Positions 50,720-62,100 of a stretch of DNA of 64,000 nt are shown one piece after another. A model generated the notes under the pieces. That model had not been told where the DNA came from, did no database searches, and worked only from the letters and a program-made list of their open reading frames with translations. The position numbers and the translations under genes are program-made. The DNA comes from a virus (lineage: Duplodnaviria; Caudoviricetes). How positions within the stretch are numbered: position 1 is the stretch's first letter; each line of letters starts with the position of its first letter. The stretch spans positions 64,001-128,000 of the IMG/VR virus record IMGVR_UViG_3300047159_000056; one strand, 5' to 3'.

Positions 50720-52755
50720 ATCTTAAATGTATAATCTTTTGTTATTCCTTTTATCTCCAATGTATAATATTTAATATCCCCTGTCGGAGGAGTTAATGTT
50801 ATATTATTAGAAACAACTGGATCTGTTTTACCACCTTTCACAGATATTATAGTGGCTCCATCCATGTCTATATTAATGTTATCAAATACTCCATCGGCTG
50901 GACTTATCTTAAATGAACTTGTTTCCCCAGATTTAACGGATAGTGTATTTGTATTTACATAGAATCCCGTATAATCTGAAATAACTAAGGTATAATAAGT
51001 CTCTGATGTACTAATATAGTAGAAATATCTTGCTGGATACTTTGCCTCACCATTTATTGTTAATGTCCCAACAGATCCATTAACCCCTACTTTAGCGTCT
51101 ACCGGATCAGTCTCAGTTTCAATTAAGTCAAATACTTGATTTTCTCCAATGGGCATTATTTTAGTATAATAGTTTAATTTTATATCGGAAGCTGAGATAC
51201 TCTCCTTTGTTATATCAAACTTATAAACTAATTTAAATTTCTTTCCAAGAGCTATGGAATCTGTAGTAACTAAGTTATTATCACTATCATACAATTCAAC
51301 ACCATTTAGAGATGAACTAGAACTCTAGCGCCGTCGTCTATTGTTCTAAGAGATATTTTATCATAATATTTATCAAATCTAAGATATTATTTCACTATCA
51401 GTACTTGTTTCAGACTTCTCTACTCACTTTAAGCTGGGATATTTCATATGGTACTATATTATTATTATATTTATAAGACCAGAACAGCCATAATTCATTA
51501 CTAATATTGATAATAATCAAATTTATAATGTATAATTTGTTCCGGTTTTCCTTGTAATATGTTCCTAGTCCATCATAAGATACAATGTATTGAGCTCATT
51601 GGTTCTGTATATACAACATATCCTTTAACCATAGTTACTTGAAATAGCAAGTCTATTTTGACTCTCCTCACTATTTAGGGTACGTACAGAAAATACATTT
51701 GGTGAGATTCTTCCTGGATATTCATTGGTTCTATAATTATTTGATTCTAAGAGTGGATCCAGATAATCATAAGCAATTGTAATAAACTTATATTTATTAT
51801 CAACACAATTTACATAATCCTCTAGGATCCAGCTGTTAGTATATATTGGTTCTTCATTTTTAGTATCACTTAGAGCTAACCAAGTATCAGAACTAGTTGT
51901 ACCTTCTGGATTATAAGTTGCTGTACTTCCTCCAATATAATTTACATTTTTATCCCACTTAGAGTCACTAGCATATTTATTAAAAAGACTAGTCATAATT
52001 GGAAAACTACTAACTGATTTATTACCAACTATAGTTCCAGAGCTAAGGTCCATCCATAAATTACTAGAAGGATCAATGGTATCAACCACATTAATTGTTC
52101 TATCTAATTCACTAAATTCATCATTTCTAACTAAGTACTGCCTCATTTTTCTGTGGGGATTAATACTGCTATTCCAAGCGTAGAAAGATAAGTTAATGTC
52201 AGATATACTCTCAGCTCCTCCCATAGTAATAACAAACCAAACTATCTTCCTACATTTAGTATCAAGACCATCTGCTATTGTTACCTTTATTGCTGCATCA
52301 GTACTAGAGATAGAAGTATCATATATATTAACCCTATTATAATTTTCAGGAATATCTAAGAGAATTAGTTTTTGCTTACCAACTGTAATAGAACCAAAAT
52401 AGCTTATTAGTTCATCATCTGAGTCTACTTCTATCCATGTCGGACAGAAAGTATCATTGATTAGTTTAATATTAGATAGCGTTTTTAAGAGATCCTGATT
52501 TTTTATAGAATGAAGCAAGTTATCAAGAGGAAAGTCTGAGTTGTAATTTAATTTTTCAACAAGAAACTTCCAACCATATTCGTCAAAATCTTCCAGGTTA
52601 ATCAATTTATCATCTGAACCATAATATCTAATTAGGTCAGGTTTATTTTGATCAATTGGTTTAGAACTTATGACTACCTTATCTAGTGTTTTAAATTTTG
52701 GATTAACATAGTCAACCACATTTTTATCATAACTAGATGACTTTATATCTATCAT
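50710..52755 (-). CDS. Putative single virion protein broken by several indels at 51295-51624
   Basis: Track ORFs 51625-52755 and 50710-51294 (TTG start) are separated by coding-like sequence that switches frames. Confidence 0.5.
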
Positions 52756-52760
52756 ATTTT

Positions 52761-53318
52761 TTAGCCCTCAGGTATTTCAGCATCATATTTTTGATAGAAC
52801 CATATACCATGATTAATAGAAGCTACTGTACTATCTGTTATTTCTGTCAATACCTTATCAACAGATATATCTAGCTCATCAAAATATAATAATGCACATA
52901 TAAATTTTTCGAAATAATCACAAAATAGATCTTTATCAACTGTTATACTCTTTACTTTTACACTAATTTTTCTAGCTGAATAGGTAAGAGTGCTAGTTGT
53001 ATCTTTTGTTGTCCAGTCAGTTAAGATTCCAAAAGCTAAAATATAATCTAGTACCTTAAATGTTCCCTTTACACTATAGAATAGAGAGCTAAGGTAATTT
53101 ATTTTTTCTTTTGTTACTTCTTCACCATCTGCTTTTGCCCAACTAGTTGGATAGATAAGGTTTAAGAATTTTCTAACTGGATCTGTCTTTAGAGTATATC
53201 TATAATCACTAAATGAATCACTTTCTTCTGTTTCTTGTAATTGATACTGCCCAATCATTTCATGCAGCATCTTAATAATACCAACTTTCAGAAGATGTTT
53301 GGGTATATATACTTCCAT
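52761..53318 (-). CDS. Baseplate wedge protein (P2 gpI / T4 gp7-like)
   Basis: YLSSLFYSVKGT motif; follows the gp6-like gene. Confidence 0.55.
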   Translation of the reverse strand: MEVYIPKHLLKVGIIKMLHEMIGQYQLQETEESDSFSDYRYTLKTDPVRKFLNLIYPTSWAKADGEEVTKEKINYLSSLFYSVKGTFKVLDYILAFGILTDWTTKDTTSTLTYSARKISVKVKSITVDKDLFCDYFEKFICALLYFDELDISVDKVLTEITDSTVASINHGIWFYQKYDAEIPEG

Positions 53319-53321
53319 AGT

Positions 53322-54845
53322 TTAAAAATCTGTATTTGTTTGTGTAACAGTAGTAGATATAGAGTACTTGATATCAAAATAAGAAATGCTAGTATCTATA
53401 TTGCTTTCACTTACCTCTACGTTATTATTGTCTAGATAAGTAACTGTCATAGAAGAGATCTTTTTTACATTAGAGATTTTACTAATTAGAGATTTTATTT
53501 CCTCCAACTTTCCAGAATTAAATGTTATACCAAATTTTCTCTCATATGAACTCTGTAGGATATCTTCTCCAATTGTTGACTTCCAATCTGTTTCACTGCT
53601 ATTATAAAGTTCCAGTGATATATTGAAAACAGCTGTATATTTATCTCCCTTTACCACATTAATATTATCGGTTATTACATAGTAGGCCCTCTTCTCTTGT
53701 CTGAATGTAGTAATCTGTTCTTTAGTTAGTAAGACCTCTTCATTGGTAGGAATATAGTAAATAGTAACTGCACTAGTATTATTGCTTCCATAAGAGAACA
53801 TATAAGTAGTACCGCCGCTTTTTACTTCAGTTGGATAAGCTTCTTCCAAGACAGTACCAATATCTGAATTTGATCTAAGAATTGAATTAACATATCTATC
53901 ACGATTTGCTTTATAGTGTATAGTATTAATTCCGTCTATGTCAACTTCTTTTATATAGTAGATGCCTGTTGTATTTTGTTCTAGAACCATATCTGAACTA
54001 CTACTTGTCATACTTACTAATTCAGCATTTGTAAAGTCTACTAGTTCAGCTCCTTGTAATTTTAATCTCTCTAGTTCAGAAGTATTATAGTCTTCTAGGT
54101 AACTAAGTTTATAATAGTGAGCTTCAATTTCTGCATTAGTTGTCATAGGTTTTATATCCTTTGAACTTCTGCCAATAGTATCTTTATAATAATCCGCTAT
54201 ATATAATCTAGAACCAAAGCTAGGAAGAGTTAAGTCAAAGATATCATGATTTAAGATATGTTCTGCAAATAATCTTGTTCTTGGTATAATATCTCCTTGA
54301 AGCTTAACATACATATCATCACTTAAGTTTTCCTCATAACAGTCAACATAGTAAGTATTATAAGAATTAACAGTCCATGTCTCACTAACTGGTTCTTTTG
54401 CTAGGAATCCAATAATCGTATTAGTTTCGCTTGATCCTTCTACTACTGGATTAAATGTTTTAGAAGAATAAACAAACTCCCCTGTTGTAGAATCTGTATC
54501 GCTAGGTTTCCAATATCCTAAGTAATAAACACTAAAGGTTTGACTAGTTATTATTTCGTCATAAGGATTAAATGTAAGATACTTAGTTGGTTTCATTTTA
54601 ATAAGAACCCTAGGACAAGAACCTCTAAATACACTATACATATTATCTACACAGTGCTGTATCTTACTATTAATTAGAGAACATTTTTCAAGAGAAGATT
54701 CCTGCATATAAGCTACATTCTCTACTTCACCTATGTAAGAAACATTAGCTAACATTTGAACCAGAACCTCTACTCCTTGTCCAGTATATCCTAGGTTCTT
54801 ACCAATATCTCTGTACTTATCTATATAATCTTGTAAACTTTTCAT
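53322..54845 (-). CDS. Baseplate wedge subunit (T4 gp6 / P2 gpJ-like)
   Basis: GQGVEVLVQMLA...AYMQESSLEKCSLINS N-terminal pattern; AVTIYYIP; follows the gp25-like gene. Confidence 0.7.
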   Translation of the reverse strand: MKSLQDYIDKYRDIGKNLGYTGQGVEVLVQMLANVSYIGEVENVAYMQESSLEKCSLINSKIQHCVDNMYSVFRGSCPRVLIKMKPTKYLTFNPYDEIITSQTFSVYYLGYWKPSDTDSTTGEFVYSSKTFNPVVEGSSETNTIIGFLAKEPVSETWTVNSYNTYYVDCYEENLSDDMYVKLQGDIIPRTRLFAEHILNHDIFDLTLPSFGSRLYIADYYKDTIGRSSKDIKPMTTNAEIEAHYYKLSYLEDYNTSELERLKLQGAELVDFTNAELVSMTSSSSDMVLEQNTTGIYYIKEVDIDGINTIHYKANRDRYVNSILRSNSDIGTVLEEAYPTEVKSGGTTYMFSYGSNNTSAVTIYYIPTNEEVLLTKEQITTFRQEKRAYYVITDNINVVKGDKYTAVFNISLELYNSSETDWKSTIGEDILQSSYERKFGITFNSGKLEEIKSLISKISNVKKISSMTVTYLDNNNVEVSESNIDTSISYFDIKYSISTTVTQTNTDF

Positions 54846-54847
54846 AT

Positions 54848-55183
54848 TTAATTATTATCAAATAGATTAAACTCTATATCTTCACTAGTCTTATTTACAC
54901 TAACGGTAACTTTTACTCTAGTATCATTTATTATATCTATGTTTTCTACATTTATCTCAATTCCTTTTTTGAACTGAGTCTTTATTTTATCTACTAAAGC
55001 ATCAACCCTAAATGTAACATCAGATTTTAGTTCATCCTTTTTTGTATTAGTTAAGATAAAGTCAAAACCTACATTAGAGTTTGGTATGTCACCAGGATAT
55101 ATGAGCAGATTTAGTTTGAAAAGATCCAAGATATATTTCTCTATCTTCTCAGTTGTTTTTCCTGTACTTAATAAATATTTCAT
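54848..55183 (-). CDS. Baseplate gp25/gpW-like protein
   Basis: 111 aa; L.IYPGDIP.SNVGFD pattern; synteny. Confidence 0.6.
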   Translation of the reverse strand: MKYLLSTGKTTEKIEKYILDLFKLNLLIYPGDIPNSNVGFDFILTNTKKDELKSDVTFRVDALVDKIKTQFKKGIEINVENIDIINDTRVKVTVSVNKTSEDIEFNLFDNN

Positions 55184-55746
55184 GCTATTATTGTTTTTAT
55201 TATAGTTGCAACACCCTTAGAAGCTACTCTACTTGCTGGATATGTTGTTCCTGCATTTGGAGATGAATTTAACCAGAGCAAGATCTTTTCACAAACCTTT
55301 TCCCAAGCTACTTCCTGAGCATTTTTATTTGAATCTCCTGTTGCTGCATATAATTCTGACCTATCAATACTTAGTCCTTTTTTAAATGCTAAGGTTGGTG
55401 CTATTGGTGTAACTAGAGCAGGACCAGGTGATAAATACATTCCACTAATTATGTTAGACTCTAATGACTTTATCCAAGTATTAAAATCATTTCCCTTTGG
55501 CGGTGAAACTTTTCCCTTTACTAATTCCATATCTGCTACAACTGGATCTGGAGTTGGTGGTGTTCCTGGTATAATTCCTTTGTAAGAAACACTTATCTTG
55601 GTATTAGCAATTATATATTCCTGACATGCTTGCGCTATAGCCTGATTAGCTGTAGTCTGTGTACTTGAACTATACTTAGAACCATCAACACCAATAGAAC
55701 CAGCTAGCTTTGATATAATAAGTTTTGCAAATGCTTGTTTAGACAT
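55180..55746 (-). CDS. Baseplate-associated hypothetical protein
   Basis: 188-aa ORF between the spike and gp25-like genes. Confidence 0.7.
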   Translation of the reverse strand: MSKQAFAKLIISKLAGSIGVDGSKYSSSTQTTANQAIAQACQEYIIANTKISVSYKGIIPGTPPTPDPVVADMELVKGKVSPPKGNDFNTWIKSLESNIISGMYLSPGPALVTPIAPTLAFKKGLSIDRSELYAATGDSNKNAQEVAWEKVCEKILLWLNSSPNAGTTYPASRVASKGVATIIKTIIA

Positions 55747-55752
55747 ATACTA

Positions 55753-56446
55753 TTATGTTCCTGAAATAATTGGTCCTATATGTGGTGCACCTGAGAAAGG
55801 ACAAACTGGTATACCACAAAATCCTCCAGAACCTGTTGGGGCAGCGGTACCATTTACAGTGAGTTTTCCTCCAGTTATTTGAACATCTGGACTTTTCACT
55901 GTAGTCTTACCGCTGCTATTAATATCTGTTTTCCCTGAAGTTTCTACCTTTGTATCACCTTTGACAGTAACATCAGAATTACCAGAAATCTCTACTTTAG
56001 CATTTCCTCCAATCTTAATAGTACAATCTCCAGTTATATTTACAGTCTGCTTTCCTTCAGCATTTATATCTATGTTTCCTTTACTATCGATTTTATACCA
56101 GGATGTAGGTTTAGGAGTAGGATCTTTTCCATCTTTTTTATCATACCAAGAATTATCAGAAGGATCAAATATACCAATACTAATCTCATCCTTACTAAGC
56201 CTAACTACTTTTCCTCTAGACCTAATACCAATAAAATCATTCTCTTTTAGCTTTTTCCCATAAATAATAAGACTTATAATTGGGATCTAATTCTTTTAAG
56301 ATAACTACATCTCCAATTCTAGGCTCATCTACCTCTCCTCTTTTAGGAAAGGCAGGTAGATTCTTATTATAACCAGGAATGTCAACCTCAATCTTATATA
56401 GGTCTGGGTCAACTATTTTTACTATTTTTCCTATAAATTCGTCCAT
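55753..56446 (-). CDS. Baseplate central spike (gpV/gp5-like), split by one extra A at about 56252
   Basis: OB-fold-like N-terminus (IGKIVKIVDP...EPRIGDVV); after the frameshift, beta-helix repeats (VNITGDCTIKIGGNAKVEISGNSDVTVKG) and C-terminal FCGIPVCPFSGAPH. Confidence 0.75.
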
Positions 56447-56456
56447 ATAGTTTTAA

Positions 56457-57576
56457 TTATTTTGTATCAGTTGGATCATCCTCTTTACCTAAGGCCACTG
56501 AACCATCTTCTTCTAGTCCCCAAAATTTACTAATCCAAGAAAAGTTAAAACCATCTTCATCAGTCAGGTCACTCTCCTCTGTAGAATAAAATAACTCATT
56601 ACTCTTGACTAAGTAATATTTATAAGGCCAATTTATTTTAGACGCTACTCTATCTTGTCTCTTATAATTTACAACATCCCCAATCTTATATCTTGGCATT
56701 TCAAAATCTTTTATTCTGAATGTTGTATAGTAGTTGGAATTTTGATAGAGCATATTATATTTTCTATTTTCTAAGAGAGGGTAATAATCAGTCTGAACCA
56801 TCCTCATACCATCATACCTCTTAACAAGCCTAAGATTAATAGGCTCCCACTCCGTATAATCTTGAGGCTCTTTTTTACCAGTCTTATCCTCCCAACAATT
56901 ATATGGTAAGCGATAAATTTCTCTGCTATATTGATCAGCATCTTCATCTAGTTGACTCATATTAGCATTCTCTCTTAGCCATATCTTAGGTTTAGGCTTC
57001 TCATTGTTTCCATCATGATCAAGCTTTCCCATTATTTCTTTTATCATCAATCCTTCCCAGCCAAAAGAAAAGATAGATTCCCTCTTGTAAGAATAACATA
57101 ATCTACTAATAAAATCTTGATCCGTTTCATTGTTCTGAAAATATCTCAATTTCTTATTTTGTATATCTGTATCAACCCTTATATCTTTTTTACCAGGATA
57201 TAAAGACTCTATTGTACTTCTTATATTAGTCCACTCAGAAGTATGAAGGTTAAATGCAAATGCCTTATCCTTTATACATATGAAATCTATCTTGAGGTAG
57301 TTTTTTACATATTCCTTGTTAATAATAAATACAGGAATCTTATACTCTAATCCTCCCTCTTTCTCATCTTTTAACGTGATCTCACCCGTATGCTGGTCCG
57401 TTAATAGTTTCAATGCCGTATTGGAACCATCGTGAATCATACTCATTGTTCCAAAAGCTAGTTGTCCTCCTAGCTCCTCGTACATATGAACATTGGTAAA
57501 CTTATAATGACCAGCACTGGGGTCAAACCATGGCTGAAAATCTAGAGATATTTTGAAAGGTGTTTGTATATTTCAT
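56457..57576 (-). CDS. Baseplate hub-like protein (gp27/gpD-like); 5' end frameshifted at about 57556
   Basis: YFQNNETDQDFISRL motif; upstream MKYTNT/KISLDFQPWFD fragments extend track ORF 56457-57485. Confidence 0.6.
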
Positions 57577-57579
57577 CTC

Positions 57580-57885
57580 TTAAATCTTATCCATCACCTT
57601 GTCTAGATCTTCCTTCTTTATCAATCTTAAGACAGTACCCTTTGAATAATTATCAAATGAAGTCCCGCAAGTTAAGAATAGGATGCCCATATATGAAGTA
57701 CTACCATAATAATCTTTTGCAATCATATCAGGCCTATATTCATACGTGTTTATCATATAATCTTCCCTTGCTAGACTAGTATCATTTAAATATTCAAGGA
57801 TAACAGAATTATAAACATCAAATCCCTCTATATAATTAGATAGATCATTCTTAGACGAATTTATTTTATCTGTTTTCTTATACAT
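57580..57885 (-). CDS. Baseplate gp53/LysM-like protein
   Basis: EYRPDMIAKDYYG motif. Confidence 0.7.
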   Translation of the reverse strand: MYKKTDKINSSKNDLSNYIEGFDVYNSVILEYLNDTSLAREDYMINTYEYRPDMIAKDYYGSTSYMGILFLTCGTSFDNYSKGTVLRLIKKEDLDKVMDKI

Positions 57886-57894
57886 ACTCTATTT

Positions 57895-59136
57895 TTATTT
57901 TAGCTTTATTTTAAGAGTGGTATCTAATGCAGAACCAGCATCTGTAGTGTTTCCAAATAATCCTCCCTTTTCATTCATCTCATTTAAGAATTTTTTGCTA
58001 TTATCCTCGAACACTGCATTTTGAACATCGTCATCTGTGAACTGTTCTCCATGACTAGCTGCCGGAACATTATAGGATGACAATTTAGATTTATTATCCG
58101 ATCTAACCAAACTAAGATTTTTAGCCATCTCACGGTTTGTATCATCTATAATTTTCTTTGTAGCAGGAGCATTAGCATTAATAAACTCTTCCAACTTATT
58201 TCTAGAGTATTTTGTAGCTGGTTTAAACTGAAGAGTAACATCACAATACATAGGAGATATCTTTTGTCCCGTTACATATACAGAAGCACCAACAGTAGGA
58301 TCTTTAACCATTGTTTTAGAAAAGTTAAAGGTACATCCACCAATTACAAGATTATCTAGAGCATAATAAGCACCAAACCTAAGCTTCATCGTTCCTTGTT
58401 GAACCACATCTACATCTTTTATATCAGAAGCAAAGCCAGCTGGAGGTAACTGCCAAGAGGCGAACTCTTTAGCAAACTTACCAACATCTGAATCTCCAAG
58501 CTCTGTTACATCTATATAGTCACCAATTATATAAGGCATAATAGTTTTTAGTTGCTCTTTGATAGTAATAAATTGTCCACCCTCTATCTTTGGAAATAGG
58601 GTAAACTTCATTACTAGGTTATTAAAATTAAGTCCAGTTCCTCCATAATAGGAAAATCTGGTTCCTTTTACAACTAGAGCTCTATTGAGATATACTGCCT
58701 GTTTTTCTTGATTATCAGCCACAAAGTCGGTTACTTTAGCTATAGCCTCATATAGTTTATTTCCTCCGCCTTCTTTGGTATCTGCTGCCATAGTTTTCTC
58801 AGATATAGTATGCAAGGCTTGAGCAATATCCTTTAAGTAAGGTGCCATAGTTTTTTGCTCATTAAACATAGTAGAAATAGGATCACCACCAAAGTCTGAC
58901 CAAGTATTAGCTATATCAACTGAGAAGTCTTCATTTAAAACGGCTGTAGCTATGGGATCTTTACTATATCTCCAAGTATCGGTTCCCTCTTCTAAGTTAT
59001 CAGCATGATCCCAATATTCCGGACCAATTCCAGTATATTTAGTATTGGGGTGTAGGGTAACTCTCATAAGGGGATTATCTAATTGTTGATCATAGTAAAA
59101 TCCTCCAAAGCTTCCTTCAAAATTATTTATCTTCAT
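57895..59136 (-). CDS. Putative tail tube initiator/baseplate protein
   Basis: 413 aa between the tape-measure and gp53-like genes; SPMYCDVTLQFKP. Confidence 0.5.
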   Translation of the reverse strand: MKINNFEGSFGGFYYDQQLDNPLMRVTLHPNTKYTGIGPEYWDHADNLEEGTDTWRYSKDPIATAVLNEDFSVDIANTWSDFGGDPISTMFNEQKTMAPYLKDIAQALHTISEKTMAADTKEGGGNKLYEAIAKVTDFVADNQEKQAVYLNRALVVKGTRFSYYGGTGLNFNNLVMKFTLFPKIEGGQFITIKEQLKTIMPYIIGDYIDVTELGDSDVGKFAKEFASWQLPPAGFASDIKDVDVVQQGTMKLRFGAYYALDNLVIGGCTFNFSKTMVKDPTVGASVYVTGQKISPMYCDVTLQFKPATKYSRNKLEEFINANAPATKKIIDDTNREMAKNLSLVRSDNKSKLSSYNVPAASHGEQFTDDDVQNAVFEDNSKKFLNEMNEKGGLFGNTTDAGSALDTTLKIKLK

Positions 59137-59139
59137 TTG

Positions 59140-62100
59140 TTATTTATGTGTAATAGGTCCAACCTTTTTAACATGTACCGTAGGACCACTGACAGAATTA
59201 GCTCTAAGATTATTAACACCGTTAGCTATTGATACTCCTGTTTGAGCATTAAGTACACCAATCTTTGAGTTGTTATTAATACTATTAGAAATATTTTTAA
59301 GTCCAACATTTATTTCACCAAGGTATTTGTTTGTAGATCCTCCTGTACTAGTAAAATCACTAACTCCGACAGTTCTTCCAAACATTTTGCTTGGTTTAAA
59401 TTTCCAACTAACTCCACTATTCATGAAGTCGTTCTTTAATCCCTTGTTAAATCTGTCACCAATATCTATGGTTTTTCCTCCGAAATTATCTCCAATTCCA
59501 AAATTCTTTCGTTTCCAAAGTGGTACATTAGTAGTTACACCTCCAGCAATAGTACTTCCAGATACAGTAGAATTTCCAAAAAGATTTAGTTTCCATTGTT
59601 CCATGTCTACTTGCATAGAGTTTATAAGATCCTGAACATTCTTAGCTATCTGTCCCTGCCAACCTTCTGAAGCGTTATGGAGAGCATTAAGATATTCTAC
59701 AACTCCTACTCCATATTTTTTACCAAGTTCAGATATAGCATCATTATGAGATTTTCCTTCAGCTAGTAATTTAAAATATATATTTTCTATTTCATCTATA
59801 CTAGCTCCCATTACTTTCTCATTCTTTTCAAGTTTAGCTCTCTGTTCTGCTATTCCTTTATTAGTAGCCAAGACTTTATTTCTAAGTTTCTTATTTAGGT
59901 CAACTAATTTATCTTCCATATTAGATCTTTTTCCCATATCCATATAGTATTTCATTTGACCTTCTACTGTATTACTATATTGCATATTTCCAGGCTTAAA
60001 GTTATTCATCTGTTGGATAAGATCTTCTTTTTCTAGGTTAATATTATCAATGTCATTTAGATTTTTATCATAACTTCCATTTCTATTATCACCAGCTCTT
60101 ATACCAGAGATTTCATTATCATTAGCCCCTATAACCTTTTTCTTTCTTAATAATCCACCCTGCTTATTCTTTAACAACCTAGTAGCTACACCAAAATCTA
60201 CATGACCATTCATATCAGTAAAATCATCTTCATTTAGTCCAGCAGCCTTAAGTCTCTTAATTAAATATTTTTCTTTTGAATCTAGTTTTGCTCCATTAGA
60301 ATTAGTTATATATGCTTCACCCATTCCTAGATCTTTTAGTAATTTTTCATTATACTCTATTTTTGGATTAACACTATCGTAAGCTTTCTTATGTCTTATG
60401 TACTTATTAGCCTTTGTAAACATATCTTCAGATGATTCCCAGCTATAACCTAATTTAGAACCAAAATTTTCTTTCATTAGTTGGTGAGCTTCATCTACTT
60501 TACCAGTTAAAAGCATACCAGTTATCTGCTTATCTATATTCTCTTTTCCTGTAAAGTTCCAATTAGACTGTCCCTCTAGTTTGTTAGTCTTTCTCCATTT
60601 ATCAAAATCTAAGTGATGTTCAGTATTATATTCTTTAGCTAAACCTGCCTGATATTTAACAAAACTATTAAAATCTTTTAGTGAGTATCCAGAAAGTCTT
60701 ATAGCAAATTCCTTTTCATTCTTTACATTGCCAAAATATTCTTTTCTCATATCTTCTGGCATGCTTCTCCACATTTTTATACCTCTCTGATATATAAAGG
60801 CTTTATTCATTTCTTTCTGTCTTTGCTGTTGACTAGTACCTATCCATGATTTTTCAAACTCTTTAAAGTCTTTTCCATGAATATATCTTAGATATTGACT
60901 TCCATATTCTTTGGTTGCCTCATATTTAAGATTACTAACTTTCTTACTAACCTCCATCTGATGAGGGGTAAGAACGCTAAATGGATTATTAGCTCTCATA
61001 GTATCGCTAAAGTCAGAAATAGAATCACTAAGACTTCCAAATCCACTTCCACCATCCATTCCAGCATTAAATCCTCCATCATCTGAAAATCCTTGATCTC
61101 CTCCACCTTGCATAGGAACAGATCCTCCCATTCCTAATCTACTAAGAATTTCTTTTGCTAGTAATTTAAAACCAGCTCCAGTTAGATGGAAAGAACTATC
61201 CCCAGAAGTACTTAAGATATATTTTTGATAATTTCCAGAACTAGGAAATAGATCTATAACATTCCATTTATTAGCTGAACATGCTCTTTGTATAGCACTA
61301 TTAACTCTAGGAACGTTCTTCATTAGATCTGGTCTCTTTACCTGAATAAGCGTACAAATATAAACTTTTGCATTTCCAGCATTTTTACCACACTTTACAA
61401 AGTCATTATATAGGCTATTATCAGAATTTCCTGCTGAATTAAGACCAGCATAGATAACAATAATCTTACACTTTGACGCTGCAGCTTTTCTAACCATTTC
61501 AGCTACCTGAGAAACTGTAGCTCCACTCTTTACAAAATGAGCACCTGGAAAATGAGATCCAATACCAACACCCCAAGAATCACCACATAAAGCTAGAGAT
61601 GAAGCTCCTGTCGATAATGTAGTAGGAGTATAGCCACCGCCTCCAGAACCACCAGAGAATCCACCATAGTCTCCGCCAGAAGAATAATTTCCTCCGCCTG
61701 AGTATGAAGATCCACTATAGTTTCCACCAGATCTAGACCCGCCTCCATAACTATAATTTCCTCCACCACCTCCATAGTAACCCTCGGTGTTAGCATTGTT
61801 ATAATTATTAGTTAGGTTATAGTTAGCTCCATATGCCTCCTGTGTATATCCTCCAGATCCTCCTGCCATTCTGAAAAATGAATTAGCATATTGGATTCTA
61901 GGGATCTTCATATAGTCATATTTACTTCCCCATCTATCAAAATCTTTAAATTTTTCATATCTAAAAAAGGCTTCTGCAGCTTCCCTAGGAGTTTTTGCGC
62001 TTCTCAGTAATCTATTAACTTCTGGGATTTGACTTCTAGATCCATATTTAATTGACCCATTAAGAGTTCCAATTAAGAAGTCTGTTTGAACTCCTAAATC

